From a virus (lineage: Duplodnaviria > Caudoviricetes), in IMG/VR virus record IMGVR_UViG_3300033076_000745, positions 1-50,972 of that record: a stretch of DNA of 50,972 nucleotides; one strand, given 5' to 3'. The position numbers were made by a program, and so were the translations under genes. The stretch's first letter is position 1. Each line of letters begins with the position of its first letter. The notes beneath the pieces were generated by a model. It saw nothing but the letters and a program-made list of their open reading frames with translations. It had not been told where the DNA came from and ran no database searches. Below are positions 19,048-28,577 of the stretch, piece after piece.

Positions 19048-19884
19048 ATGCTACAAACATTCAACAAATCTCTCGACAATTTCTTAACAAAAGAAGAACT
19101 TAACAAAGTATGCCCTTTGGCATTTGCTTCAGCTCCTACTAACCCTAAGGTAAGTGGAAAGTATTTACATGTCAATACTGAGACTATTATTGACGACTTA
19201 GCTAAGTTAAACTGGTTTCCAGTTACAGCTTCTCAAAGAAAAGCTCGTAAGAATAAGTCTAACACGATTTTCTCAAAACACATGATCTCTTTTCAAAACC
19301 CTGATATTATGATCAAGGGTGCTGACGGAGACGATGCTTTTCCTCGAATCATTTTAACTAACTCTCACGACGGTTTCAACTCATTTCAGTTTGCAGTTGG
19401 TATCTTCCGATTAGTATGCTCTAATGGATTAGTTGTTGCAGATGAGCAATTTGCTGATTTTCGTATCCGTCACTCAGGGTATACTTTCGAAGAGTTACGT
19501 GGAGTAGTTTCTAAAGCAGTTAATGACTTACCTAATAAAGTAGAAGTCCTTAATAAGATGAAACAACGTACCTTGACAGATGAAGAGAAAATGGAATTAG
19601 CTCTTAAAGCTATGACTATCCGTTCTGGTAAACTTCCAGAAGGAACTGTAGTTGGGTACGATGACGAAACACTTCGTGATATGTTGACTCCAAAGCGTAA
19701 AGCTGATGAAGGAGACGATCTTTGGAAAGTGTTTAATATAATCCAAGAGAAAGTTACTCAAGGAGGCTTTAGCGCTGCTCTTCGTGGAGCTAAGGTTCGT
19801 AAGGTACGTAAGATTAAATCTTTTGAAAAGGATTTGAAAGTTAATAAAGAGTTGTTCAAGTTAGCAACTGCAATGCTTAACTAG
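19048..19884 (+). CDS. DUF932/DUF945 family protein
   Basis: ILTNSHDG...F..GIFRLVCSNGLV, LWKVFN.IQE. Confidence 0.9.
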   Translation: MLQTFNKSLDNFLTKEELNKVCPLAFASAPTNPKVSGKYLHVNTETIIDDLAKLNWFPVTASQRKARKNKSNTIFSKHMISFQNPDIMIKGADGDDAFPRIILTNSHDGFNSFQFAVGIFRLVCSNGLVVADEQFADFRIRHSGYTFEELRGVVSKAVNDLPNKVEVLNKMKQRTLTDEEKMELALKAMTIRSGKLPEGTVVGYDDETLRDMLTPKRKADEGDDLWKVFNIIQEKVTQGGFSAALRGAKVRKVRKIKSFEKDLKVNKELFKLATAMLN

Positions 19885-19895
19885 TTAGTAAATAT

Positions 19896-19929
19896 AAAGG
19901 GAGCCGGACTCACCTCCGGCTCTTTTTTT
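19896..19929 (+). terminator. Intrinsic terminator
   Basis: GAGCCGGA-CTCACC-TCCGGCTC followed by T7. Confidence 0.9.
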
Positions 19930-20032
19930 AATTGTTGTTTATGCACGAAATTTTACATATATTAGGATTATGTGGTGAGAAGCATCTGAGCTTTCTTGCT
20001 TTATTTACAGATCCGACTTTAACACTTGAATT

Positions 20033-20236
20033 ATGGAAAATGAGATTTTATTTTGGAAGGATGGAGACTATACTGCAAAGGGTGGCTATTTCGTTAGGAA
20101 TAATTTAAAAGACTTTCTACAGACTTTAAAAGATTCTGGAGTAGAACCAGTAGGTATTAAGGTAGATATGGATAGTTATAATCTTGAAGTAATCGTAAAA
20201 GCATCAGATGAAGATAATCAGAACACTATGGGGTAG
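20033..20236 (+). CDS. Hypothetical protein
   Basis: 67-aa ORF. Confidence 0.5.
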   Translation: MENEILFWKDGDYTAKGGYFVRNNLKDFLQTLKDSGVEPVGIKVDMDSYNLEVIVKASDEDNQNTMG

Positions 20237-20990
20237 AGATGATCATCATTTTTTTGATAATAAGCTAAAGTTCTACCATGATGAATGTAGACTAGCTAAA
20301 GAAGTGGATGACAAGTATAAGGTAAGGAACCAACTAGTGATCGTTTGGGATGAACCTAATAGACTCCTTATGGAAGAATTAGGATACCCTTATCACTATA
20401 TGGGTGAAAGCACATTTAATTTCCAGACGAACTTCCTATACAAGATTTTAGCTCTAAAAGAAGCTATGACTATGTTTGATGAAGTGTTGTTTCTAGACTG
20501 GGACTGCTTTGCTCAGAAACCTTTAGATTGGAAGTTTTATGAGAAGTTAAGAGAAAAAGGACCTATACAGATACCTTTGTACTTCTATCCAGATAGTATA
20601 TTAAAAGACTATCATACAATTTCTCCATATGTAAATGAAGGACAACATTATTTTAATATGTTTTTCTATAATGTATTAAGAATAGGAAAATGGAAATTCG
20701 GAGGAGGGCTAGTTATACCTAATGCAGGTTTTATATACTGTAGAGATAAAAACTTCTTTGACCATTTACATAAGATCCAAATTGATAATGGGTTTACGTC
20801 TAACGTAGAAGAGCTCTGTGCTCTTATGTACTTTAGTAGTTCCATTAATACTGCAGATGAGTATTTAGAAAAGATTGAACCTATTGTAGTTTTAGGTAAG
20901 GATGATTTAGAGATGAGGGAGAGGCAAGTAATACTAAATAAGTACTCAATTGAAAAATTGAATAAAGATATATACTTTATACATGAGTAA
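20208..20990 (+). CDS. Putative nucleotide-diphospho-sugar transferase (GT-A fold)
   Basis: YKILAL...VLFLDWD (DxD), PNAGFIY, EE motif. Confidence 0.6.
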   Translation: MKIIRTLWGRDDHHFFDNKLKFYHDECRLAKEVDDKYKVRNQLVIVWDEPNRLLMEELGYPYHYMGESTFNFQTNFLYKILALKEAMTMFDEVLFLDWDCFAQKPLDWKFYEKLREKGPIQIPLYFYPDSILKDYHTISPYVNEGQHYFNMFFYNVLRIGKWKFGGGLVIPNAGFIYCRDKNFFDHLHKIQIDNGFTSNVEELCALMYFSSSINTADEYLEKIEPIVVLGKDDLEMRERQVILNKYSIEKLNKDIYFIHE

Positions 20991-21936
20991 TTTTAAAATC
21001 ATATATGTAAACTGGACTAAGCCTTATTTTAGTAAAAATAATTTTACAGGAATAAAAAGCTACTTAAAAGATGCAAGCGAACCTTCTTTAGAGTATAAAT
21101 TGGAGGACTATGAAAAACTTATGCAAATTTACAGTTTTACCTCTGCTAAAAGACATACAGGTGCTCCTATAAAAATGTACACAGATACAGCTGGATACGA
21201 GTATTACCGTAAGGAGAATATGCTACAGTACTTTGATGAAATTGATGTAGATTTTCTTAATTCTATAAATGAAGACCCTACTATAAACCCTACTCAGTTT
21301 TGGACAAGCGGAAAGATTCTAAGTATCTGTAACGAAGAACCTCCATTCCTATTCCTAGATACAGACTTCTTTCTTTTAGAAAAAATACCAGATTGGGTTT
21401 TTGAAAAAGATGTAACTCATGCTCATTGGGAGTTACTAAGAGCATGGCTGTATTTAACAGAAGGTAGAGTTAAGGAGTTCGGACTTGATATTCCAGAATT
21501 TTCAGAAACTATGCTTATACCTAATACTTGCTTTCTATTTATGAATGATAATCGGTTAGTAAGAGATCTTCAAAAGAGGTATAGAGAGTTACATTTAGAA
21601 ATAGTTACAAAGAAGTATAATTATGTTCCTGACGAACTGTGGCTAATGACTGATCAAAATATATTAGGTTACCTATTACGAGATAGAAATGCTAATGTAG
21701 GTCACGCTAAGAATAAGGTATACATACAATTTTCAGACAGAAGTACTACACATAAAGTGGGTAATACTCCAGAATGGACCCATCTCGATAACTTAGAAAA
21801 AAATCTTCCGGAAGTTGCTTACCATCATGTATGGTTTCAAAAAATATATATGCATAGAGACCTAGAGCTTAGAGAAGGTATTATGAAAGATTGGCAACTA
21901 TTAATAGATCAAAATTTAAAAATACTTAACAAATGA
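20983..21936 (+). CDS. Putative DxD transferase (DUF6734-like)
   Basis: MYTD..G, FWTSGKI, PFLFLDTD, PNTCF, DQ motif. Confidence 0.6.
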   Translation: MSNFKIIYVNWTKPYFSKNNFTGIKSYLKDASEPSLEYKLEDYEKLMQIYSFTSAKRHTGAPIKMYTDTAGYEYYRKENMLQYFDEIDVDFLNSINEDPTINPTQFWTSGKILSICNEEPPFLFLDTDFFLLEKIPDWVFEKDVTHAHWELLRAWLYLTEGRVKEFGLDIPEFSETMLIPNTCFLFMNDNRLVRDLQKRYRELHLEIVTKKYNYVPDELWLMTDQNILGYLLRDRNANVGHAKNKVYIQFSDRSTTHKVGNTPEWTHLDNLEKNLPEVAYHHVWFQKIYMHRDLELREGIMKDWQLLIDQNLKILNK

Positions 21937-22370
21937 TATACTGGTTTACAGGACAGCCTGGAGCAGGCAAAACAACATTAGCTTATATGCTATCTACTCA
22001 TCTATTCCCTAAATCAATTAATGTTGATGGAGATGATTTGAGAGAGCTTTTCGATAATAAAGACTATTCCGAAGCCGGAAGAAGAAAGAATATAGAGTTA
22101 GCTCAGAATCTAGCTCATTTTTTACATAAAAAAGATTATAATGTTTTTGTATCTTTAGTATCTCCCTATAGAGATCAAAGAGAGAGTTTTAAACAATTAA
22201 TAGGAGAAGGAATAGTAGAGATATATGTACATGCTTTTGAAGATAGAGGACGTACACAATACCATGTAAGTAACTATGAACCTCCTGTAGAAAATTTTAT
22301 CGATATTGATACAACCAACGATACTCCATTTCAGTCTTATATGAAGATTAAAGAGAAGTTGGATCTTTAA
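21933..22370 (+). CDS. cysC: Adenylyl-sulfate (APS) kinase
   Basis: WFTGQPGAGKTT, VDGDDLR, DYS..GR..NI, SLVSPYR, YEPP. Confidence 0.9.
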   Translation: MIYWFTGQPGAGKTTLAYMLSTHLFPKSINVDGDDLRELFDNKDYSEAGRRKNIELAQNLAHFLHKKDYNVFVSLVSPYRDQRESFKQLIGEGIVEIYVHAFEDRGRTQYHVSNYEPPVENFIDIDTTNDTPFQSYMKIKEKLDL

Positions 22371-22389
22371 AAATAAGTTCATATCTTAA
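22359..22389 (+). promoter_or_regulatory. -33/-7 promoter (possibly near-leaderless transcript)
   Basis: TTG-N20-TATCTTAA immediately before ATG 22393. Confidence 0.6.
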
Positions 22390-22392
22390 AGT

Positions 22393-22794
22393 ATGAGTAG
22401 TAAATATTTAGCAACAGCTGCCTTTCAATCTTCATCTAACAAGGTGAAGTATTCTATGTTTATAGGCAGATGGCAACCTTGGCATGCTGGGCATCGCTGG
22501 TTGATAGATCAAAGGTTAAAAGACGGTAAGAAAGTTCTACTAGCTATTAGAGATGTAGAACCTGATGAAAAGAATCCATGGACTCCACAAGAGGTTTTAA
22601 GCAACCTTACTAACGAATTATTAGATTTAATCGAAGAAGGTAAGTTAAAAATTATCATCATTCCAGATATCGAATCTATTAATATTGGTAGAGGAGTTGG
22701 ATATGATGTTATTGAGCATGTTCCACCAGATGACATCAGAGACATATCAGCAACCGGTATCCGTAATCAAATGAAAGAGGAGGGTAGGTTATGA
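22393..22794 (+). CDS. Minimal HIGH-motif nucleotidyltransferase (cytidyltransferase-like)
   Basis: FIGRWQPWHAGH, KNP, GR, ISATGIR. Confidence 0.85.
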   Translation: MSSKYLATAAFQSSSNKVKYSMFIGRWQPWHAGHRWLIDQRLKDGKKVLLAIRDVEPDEKNPWTPQEVLSNLTNELLDLIEEGKLKIIIIPDIESINIGRGVGYDVIEHVPPDDIRDISATGIRNQMKEEGRL

Positions 22795-23009
22795 TTGTAG
22801 AAAAGAAACGACATATAGCTAAGACAATCTCTTACCGAGTAGTTAGTACTGCTATAGGGTTTATTACTATGTGGGCAGTAACCGGTTCTGTTAAATTTGG
22901 AGCAGCTTTTGGAATTGCAGAACTACTTTGGAAACCAATTCAGTACTATATTCATGAACGTATCTGGTATAAGTGGATTAAGTATGGGTTAAGAAAAGAT
23001 AAGGTATGA
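22791..23009 (+). CDS. DUF2061-like small membrane protein
   Basis: RHIAKTISYR...YYIHERIW. Confidence 0.8.
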   Translation: MIVEKKRHIAKTISYRVVSTAIGFITMWAVTGSVKFGAAFGIAELLWKPIQYYIHERIWYKWIKYGLRKDKV

Positions 23010-23338
23010 TTTATATAGCAGTGTTTTTAGTATTCCTTGTAACACTTTACGGGGCAATAGGGTATACTAAGATTTTTAGGAAATATAGAATGTATACAAC
23101 TAAAGAGTACTGGACTGATTATAATATTATAGAATTAGCTGCTTGGATGTCTAAAGCAGCTATTATCATACCAGGGTTGGTTTTTGGCATAGAGTTGTGG
23201 TATTTTCATTTTCTTACTTTAGCTACATCGAGTTTACTTATATGGGCTAGTATGAAAAAAAGTCTACCTACCTTAATACTCTTTAATACGATCTGGATTT
23301 GTATCTCTCTTACAATTATAATACGAAACTTACTATAA
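23006..23338 (+). CDS. Small integral membrane protein
   Basis: About four hydrophobic segments. Confidence 0.65.
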   Translation: MIYIAVFLVFLVTLYGAIGYTKIFRKYRMYTTKEYWTDYNIIELAAWMSKAAIIIPGLVFGIELWYFHFLTLATSSLLIWASMKKSLPTLILFNTIWICISLTIIIRNLL

Positions 23339-23908
23339 ATGTATACAAACTTTGTAGAAAACTTTTTGACTGTAGATGAATGTAATTCTATTGTAGAGTT
23401 AGGAAAAGCTACTGGCTTGGAAAAAATGACATCTGCTAAATTTGTAAATGGAGTTTACACAGAAGTGTCATTGAACGAAGAGACTAACAAAAGAAAAGGA
23501 TGTTACTTTGTTGACGATACTCTACAGAACGGCTTGATAAAGTCTATAACAGAAAGAACCCTGCAGTTAGTAAACCAATTAAAGGTATTTAACGGAGTAG
23601 AATACATAGGAGTACCTAAATATTCGTTTAATGAATATAACTCAGGTGATTTTCTAACTTGGCATTCTGACTCTCATGAGATAATGTATGGAGCTTCTTT
23701 AACCGTAATTTTCCAACTAAACGAAGATTATAAAGAAGGAGATATAATGTATACAGTAGAAGGATTAGAATATTCAGTACCAAAAAAAGTAGGAAGTCTA
23801 TTTATATTTGATTCTAACATACTACATTCAGTAAAAGAGATTAAAGGTGGAACTAGGTATTCGTTAAATGTCTGGCCATCAAGTAAAATTAAGAGATCGG
23901 TTATATGA
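23339..23908 (+). CDS. 2OG-Fe(II) oxygenase (prolyl-hydroxylase-like)
   Basis: FLT.DEC, WHSD, LNEDY.EG, LHSV, GTRYSL.VW. Confidence 0.9.
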   Translation: MYTNFVENFLTVDECNSIVELGKATGLEKMTSAKFVNGVYTEVSLNEETNKRKGCYFVDDTLQNGLIKSITERTLQLVNQLKVFNGVEYIGVPKYSFNEYNSGDFLTWHSDSHEIMYGASLTVIFQLNEDYKEGDIMYTVEGLEYSVPKKVGSLFIFDSNILHSVKEIKGGTRYSLNVWPSSKIKRSVI

Positions 23909-25149
23909 AAGACATAGTAATTATCGGAGGAGGGACTGCAGGATGGCTTACAGCTCTTTACATGAAAAAAAGATACAAAGAGTATAGGATAACTTTAGTA
24001 GAAAGTACTAAGTTAGGTATACTTGGAGCTGGGGAAGGTGGTACTCCAAATTTAAGAGGAATGTTGTTAGGTGAGTTTGGTTTTGATGAAGCTGAGTTTT
24101 TATCAGAAGTTAATGGCACTAAGAAGTATGGTATTCTTTTTGATAAATGGAATATCGACCCTACCCATTCTTTCGTACATGGTTTTGGTTTAGATGCTTT
24201 AGAAGACCCTACAGAGTATTCCTATCATTTTGATGCAAGACTATTTGCTAAGTTCCTACAAAAGAAAGGAATGGAATTTGGAGTGCATCATTTAGATAAG
24301 GAAGCTCAAGTCTTTCTTAAAACTGGATCACAAATCTCTACTATTATCTGCGAAGACGGTTCAGAAATACCTGTAGATTTTTTGATTGATTGTTCTGGTT
24401 TTCGTCGATTAGTAATTGGAGAGGTTTATAAAAGCTCTTGGAAATCATACGAAGATCATTTGAAAGTAAATACAGCAATACCTTTCTTTATCAATAAACC
24501 TAATCAAGACCTTTACCAAAGAACTATTGCCGAAGCAGCTAACTACGGGTGGGTTTGGAAAATACCTTTACAGAACAGATGGGGGTGTGGTTATATCTAT
24601 GATAGTAGTCTTGTAGATGAAGATGAAATAAAAGAAGAAATTCTAAAACTACATCCTTCAGAAGACATACAGTTTAATAAAAAGATAAGTTTTAATGCTG
24701 GATGTTACGAAAAGGTATGGATTGAAAACTGTATTGCTATAGGACTATCAGGAGGCTTTCTTGAACCTTTAGAAGCTACTTCTATTATGACAACAATCTT
24801 TCAGTTAAAATTCTTACCTGATGATTTGTTTGACTATTCTAAGAGAGAGGTTTACAATCACCTTACAGAAAGAATTAATTTTCAAAATATGTCGTTCATT
24901 AGACATCATTATAATTGTAGCAGGGAAGATACTACATTCTGGAAAGAGTATAGAACTCGAAAACTACCTACAGAGTTAGAAGATATCTATTCTGAAATGA
25001 AACAACCAGTAGGAGCTAAAACACCTCTTTCTTCAATTTTTAAGTTAGAAAAAAGTATTATGAAAGACTATGGTATATCTTTTGGCATGACCCAATATAA
25101 ACATGTACAGGTTCATAACTTTATGAAAAAACAAAAAACTTTAATATGA
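23905..25149 (+). CDS. Flavin-dependent halogenase (tryptophan halogenase family)
   Basis: GGGTAGW, GAGEG, TKKYGI.F (catalytic Lys position), DCSGF, WVWKIPLQ (WxWxIP), FLEPLEATSI. Confidence 0.9.
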   Translation: MKDIVIIGGGTAGWLTALYMKKRYKEYRITLVESTKLGILGAGEGGTPNLRGMLLGEFGFDEAEFLSEVNGTKKYGILFDKWNIDPTHSFVHGFGLDALEDPTEYSYHFDARLFAKFLQKKGMEFGVHHLDKEAQVFLKTGSQISTIICEDGSEIPVDFLIDCSGFRRLVIGEVYKSSWKSYEDHLKVNTAIPFFINKPNQDLYQRTIAEAANYGWVWKIPLQNRWGCGYIYDSSLVDEDEIKEEILKLHPSEDIQFNKKISFNAGCYEKVWIENCIAIGLSGGFLEPLEATSIMTTIFQLKFLPDDLFDYSKREVYNHLTERINFQNMSFIRHHYNCSREDTTFWKEYRTRKLPTELEDIYSEMKQPVGAKTPLSSIFKLEKSIMKDYGISFGMTQYKHVQVHNFMKKQKTLI

Positions 25150-25784
25150 TAGAAAAGTTAGTTTTTGGGAAGTCGACAGTAATATACCGAAAGAAGTTAA
25201 GAGAATTAATTCCTTATAAAGAAGAGTTATTAAAGAAGTGTGAAAAAGTTATACAAAGTCAGCCAGATGTGAAATCTGATGGGTATGCGTACTTAAGGTT
25301 TAGAGATGTACTAGAGTTTACCGGTAAGTTAGAACATACAAATGTGATGGATAAAGTAGTACAAGCTGGAATTGATTACTGTAAGGAGCTTTACACGGAT
25401 GCTGATTACAATATGATAGATACAGACGCTTGGGTTAATGTAGTAAGAGCTAAGAATCCTGTTCAACCGAATTTTTATGATGAGAAACAGAAGTTTCATA
25501 TTCATACAGATATTAATGAAATGAATGGACAGTTTAAACCTACATATACTTACGTTTATTATATACAGATGCCAGATAACTTAGAAGGAGAAGATGGTGT
25601 TTTGTATTTTTTAGATGAGGATAAAAAAGAACATTACATCTTACCAGAAGAAGGAGACCTTATCATTATGAAAGCAGACTTACCTCACGCACCTAACAGT
25701 GCATTAAAGTCAACAGTCGATAGAATGGTATTAGCAGGTAATGTAGGATTCCAGAATGTTAAAAAATTAAAGAGCTTAATATAG
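25146..25784 (+). CDS. Putative 2OG-Fe(II) oxygenase
   Basis: AWVN, HIH, YVYYIQMP, PEEGDLII...PH, R.VLAGN. Confidence 0.75.
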   Translation: MIEKLVFGKSTVIYRKKLRELIPYKEELLKKCEKVIQSQPDVKSDGYAYLRFRDVLEFTGKLEHTNVMDKVVQAGIDYCKELYTDADYNMIDTDAWVNVVRAKNPVQPNFYDEKQKFHIHTDINEMNGQFKPTYTYVYYIQMPDNLEGEDGVLYFLDEDKKEHYILPEEGDLIIMKADLPHAPNSALKSTVDRMVLAGNVGFQNVKKLKSLI

Positions 25785-26563
25785 TGTTAGTAGATAATAG
25801 ATTTATATTTCTCAGCTTACCTAGATGTGCATCAACTTCTCTAGAGTATTCTTTTATATTAAGCGGATTTGACGTACAGCATGTAAATCCTTTTACTGCA
25901 GAGAAGAACTCTAAAATAGATTTCAAACAGGTACCACCAGCTGATATAATGAATTATATAGAGCATGGTCATGAATCGTTGGTAGAACTAGAAGAAAAAT
26001 TTGGGAGTACATATCCTATTATCGCTATAAAAAGAGACAGTAGAGCTAGGTTCTTTTCCTTATATCAACATATTCTTTACGATTTAAGAAGAGTAGGAGA
26101 AGTTGAGCTTTACGAGCATTTTAAAAACCTAACAGCTGAAGAGCTATTCTTTTTTTCTAAAGAAGATTTAGTAACTAAAGCAAGTAGATGGAATGTTCTA
26201 AATGATTACTTAGTTAAGAATAAACTAAAACCCAAAGCTATTAATCTAGACTTAACAAAAAGCAATCTAATCTCTTCAGAGAACAAAATGGAAGGTTACT
26301 ATATGAATATCCTAGATATATTAATAACACCTTTATCTTTTTGGCACAATCATGATAGTAGAATTAAATGGTTTAACATTCAGAATTTAGGAGAAATGGA
26401 AAGCTGGATTAAAAATGCAACCGGAAAAGCTTTTACTTTAGAAAAGGTTAATTCAAATATAGGAGAGGAATCTAAAGTACAACTTAACGACGCTTTTATA
26501 CAGGCTTACAGTAACGTATACGACTATTACGATAAACCTAAGAGCATTAAGACATTAATTTAA
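25784..26563 (+). CDS. Sulfotransferase (family 2-like), GTG start
   Basis: FLSLPRCASTS PAPS-binding loop; RD...RFFSLY 3'-PB motif. Confidence 0.75.
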   Translation: MLVDNRFIFLSLPRCASTSLEYSFILSGFDVQHVNPFTAEKNSKIDFKQVPPADIMNYIEHGHESLVELEEKFGSTYPIIAIKRDSRARFFSLYQHILYDLRRVGEVELYEHFKNLTAEELFFFSKEDLVTKASRWNVLNDYLVKNKLKPKAINLDLTKSNLISSENKMEGYYMNILDILITPLSFWHNHDSRIKWFNIQNLGEMESWIKNATGKAFTLEKVNSNIGEESKVQLNDAFIQAYSNVYDYYDKPKSIKTLI

Positions 26564-26859
26564 TGATAAAAGAAATAGATTATAGAGAGATTTTTGATGC
26601 CTGGTTGATTTCTTTTAAACCAACTAAACAGCAAAGTAGTTTAGCGGAAGAAAGACTTGAAGTATGTAAGTCGTGTGTTAACCGGAAAGAATTACTAAAG
26701 AATAATAGATGGTCTGCTTATTGCGGCTTATGTAATTGCCCACTGAGTAAGAAAGTATTTTCCAGAATGTACAATCCCTGTCCTGCAGACAAGTGGGAAT
26801 CTATTGACATAAAGTATATGGAGAAGCAAGAAACGAAGAAAGACTCTTCTATAATCTAG
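26563..26859 (+). CDS. Cys-rich small metal-binding protein (DUF6171-like)
   Basis: R..VCKSC...CGLCNCPL..K...CP..KW. Confidence 0.7.
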   Translation: MIKEIDYREIFDAWLISFKPTKQQSSLAEERLEVCKSCVNRKELLKNNRWSAYCGLCNCPLSKKVFSRMYNPCPADKWESIDIKYMEKQETKKDSSII

Positions 26860-26869
26860 AAGTTCAAAC

Positions 26870-26876
26870 TATTTAT
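26870..26876 (+). promoter_or_regulatory. TATTTAT motif upstream of the ATP-grasp/Hint fusion
   Basis: Intergenic, ~27 nt before ATG 26903. Confidence 0.4.
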
Positions 26877-26902
26877 TAAATATAAAATATAGCTAATAGT
26901 AT

Positions 26903-28393
26903 ATGAAAGCAACCATTATAGGTAGTGATTTATTAGAAAGAAACGGAGACGTTACGTTTTTAGAGATAAACACAAACACAACAATTTACAATCAAGGAGC
27001 TGACTTACTGGACTATACTGCTCTCTTTGCAATGTTACAGGAGAATAGTATAACAGAATTTCATTTCATCTGGACGGAACTTGATTCATACACTCCTCAT
27101 TTTGAGAGATTTAGGTTTAAAGACATCTTAGAAGAGAAGTGCCAAGAAGTAGGTATTTCGTTCCACGACTATAGTGTACCTAAAAACTCAATCACAGTAC
27201 CTTATGTTGAGGATGCAGCTCATAAGTTTATATTAAGACAGTCTTTTGATACAACTGCTTTAGTAGACGAAACCTATTGTGCAGATAAGTTTGAATTTTT
27301 TAACCTACTGAGTGGATCAACTTACACACCTGATACTTACTTTACTGACTTAACTTTAAATCTAGATACCTTTAATACTTTGGATACTACTGCTACCGGT
27401 GTACCAAACGTTCTTATTAAGTCTAGAATACCTGGATACAACTTAGATGAGTATCCTGCAATGTATAGATTAGATACAGTAGAGGAGTTGCAAGACCTAA
27501 AGCAAAACCTACCAGCCGGAACGTTAGTACAGGAATTTATTTATTCTGAAGATAATTTAGTAGATGGAAGATATGCTGTTATTAGAAGTATAGATATTAT
27601 ATATGGTGGAAATCTAGATGTTATTAACTTAGGAGGGTATAAACAGACAACAATAATACCAGTAGCATTCTGTGCTGACGAATTCGTTGCAGGTACTAAA
27701 AAATTAAATCAGAAAAGTAGATTTAAGTACTTAACAAAAGCAATTGGAGGAGGTAAAGCAGTTAACTACCATACTGATGATGACTCTGTCATAGTAGACT
27801 ATACGGGAGCATTAAAAGATGTAGATACTATCCAATTAGGAGATTATATAAGATCTATAAATTTCCAAGACAACCACGGTAACCCAGCAGCAAGCTTTGA
27901 CCAAACGTTAATGGAGACTTACGGATGGGACGGAACATTAGCACAAGCTAATGCAACCCTTACTCCAATGTCTTCTAGTCTTAATTCAATGGTTTCTGCA
28001 TCAGTAGAGACTATTTACATACGAATTACATTAGAAGACGGTAAGACCTGGACTGATTCTCCGTCATGTACTTATTTCTTTGAAGAGTCTGGATCGTTAA
28101 ATACTAGATGGGATAAAGTAAATAAAATGGTAGTAGGAGATAAGATAGTAGTAACAGATGTTAATACAAATAGTTTAACAACATTAGCTATTACTTCTCT
28201 AGAAATGGAATTTGCTACAAAAGTAATTTACTCTCTAGATTTTGAACCATCCGATTTATTCTTAGTAGATGTTGGAGACGGTTTATTTAGTGTAATGCAC
28301 AATACTTGCTGGTGCCCATGGAACTATTGCGGACACTGGTGTAATAGTTGGTACTGCCCTTCTTGTAGCGGTGGAGGTTTCGAAAAAGTATAA
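26903..28393 (+). CDS. Fusion: circularly permuted ATP-grasp domain + Hint domain + C-terminal Cys/Trp-rich peptide
   Basis: N-terminal GSDLL....FLEINTN, later ADK..F, VLIKS, LVQEFI; Hint-like S.I...G..K.V..IQLGD ... VIYSLDFE..DLFLV...VMHN; then TCWCPWNYCGHWCNSWYCPSCSGGGFEKV. Confidence 0.75.
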   Translation: MKATIIGSDLLERNGDVTFLEINTNTTIYNQGADLLDYTALFAMLQENSITEFHFIWTELDSYTPHFERFRFKDILEEKCQEVGISFHDYSVPKNSITVPYVEDAAHKFILRQSFDTTALVDETYCADKFEFFNLLSGSTYTPDTYFTDLTLNLDTFNTLDTTATGVPNVLIKSRIPGYNLDEYPAMYRLDTVEELQDLKQNLPAGTLVQEFIYSEDNLVDGRYAVIRSIDIIYGGNLDVINLGGYKQTTIIPVAFCADEFVAGTKKLNQKSRFKYLTKAIGGGKAVNYHTDDDSVIVDYTGALKDVDTIQLGDYIRSINFQDNHGNPAASFDQTLMETYGWDGTLAQANATLTPMSSSLNSMVSASVETIYIRITLEDGKTWTDSPSCTYFFEESGSLNTRWDKVNKMVVGDKIVVTDVNTNSLTTLAITSLEMEFATKVIYSLDFEPSDLFLVDVGDGLFSVMHNTCWCPWNYCGHWCNSWYCPSCSGGGFEKV

Positions 28394-28405
28394 AATAAAG
28401 AACAT

Positions 28406-28558
28406 ATGTCACAAACAAACGGAAATATTAAAAGAATAGAACGCCCAGATAGCGTTATTAAGACTAATGTAGTACCTTTAACAACTGAATTAAAGACCAA
28501 AGTGTCAACAGCATTTCAGTTTGTAGTAAATAAGATTAAAGAGAAGCATTTGTCTTAG
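28406..28558 (+). CDS. Small protein (50 aa), probably co-transcribed with the fusion gene
   Basis: Hand-translated MSQTNGNIKRIERPDSVIKTNVVPLTTELKTKVSTAFQFVVNKIKEKHLS. Confidence 0.6.
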   Translation: MSQTNGNIKRIERPDSVIKTNVVPLTTELKTKVSTAFQFVVNKIKEKHLS

Positions 28559-28577
28559 AAAGTAGCTTTAGTGTTAG

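Noticed and set aside
19941-20108. Possible small ORF MHEILHILGLCGEKH...
   Set aside because: It overlaps the next gene by ~75 nt and a promoter-like motif; it cannot be supported from sequence alone.
22393-22794. HIGH enzyme as the NMNAT partner of the Nampt-like gene (NARP2)
   Set aside because: It lies 19 kb away in a sulfation context, and the Nampt-like gene already has a Prs-like neighbour. Not formally excluded.
27770-28303. Hint domain as a canonical selfish splicing intein
   Set aside because: No Cys/Ser at position 1, no block-B TxxH, no homing endonuclease, and it does not interrupt a conserved enzyme core.
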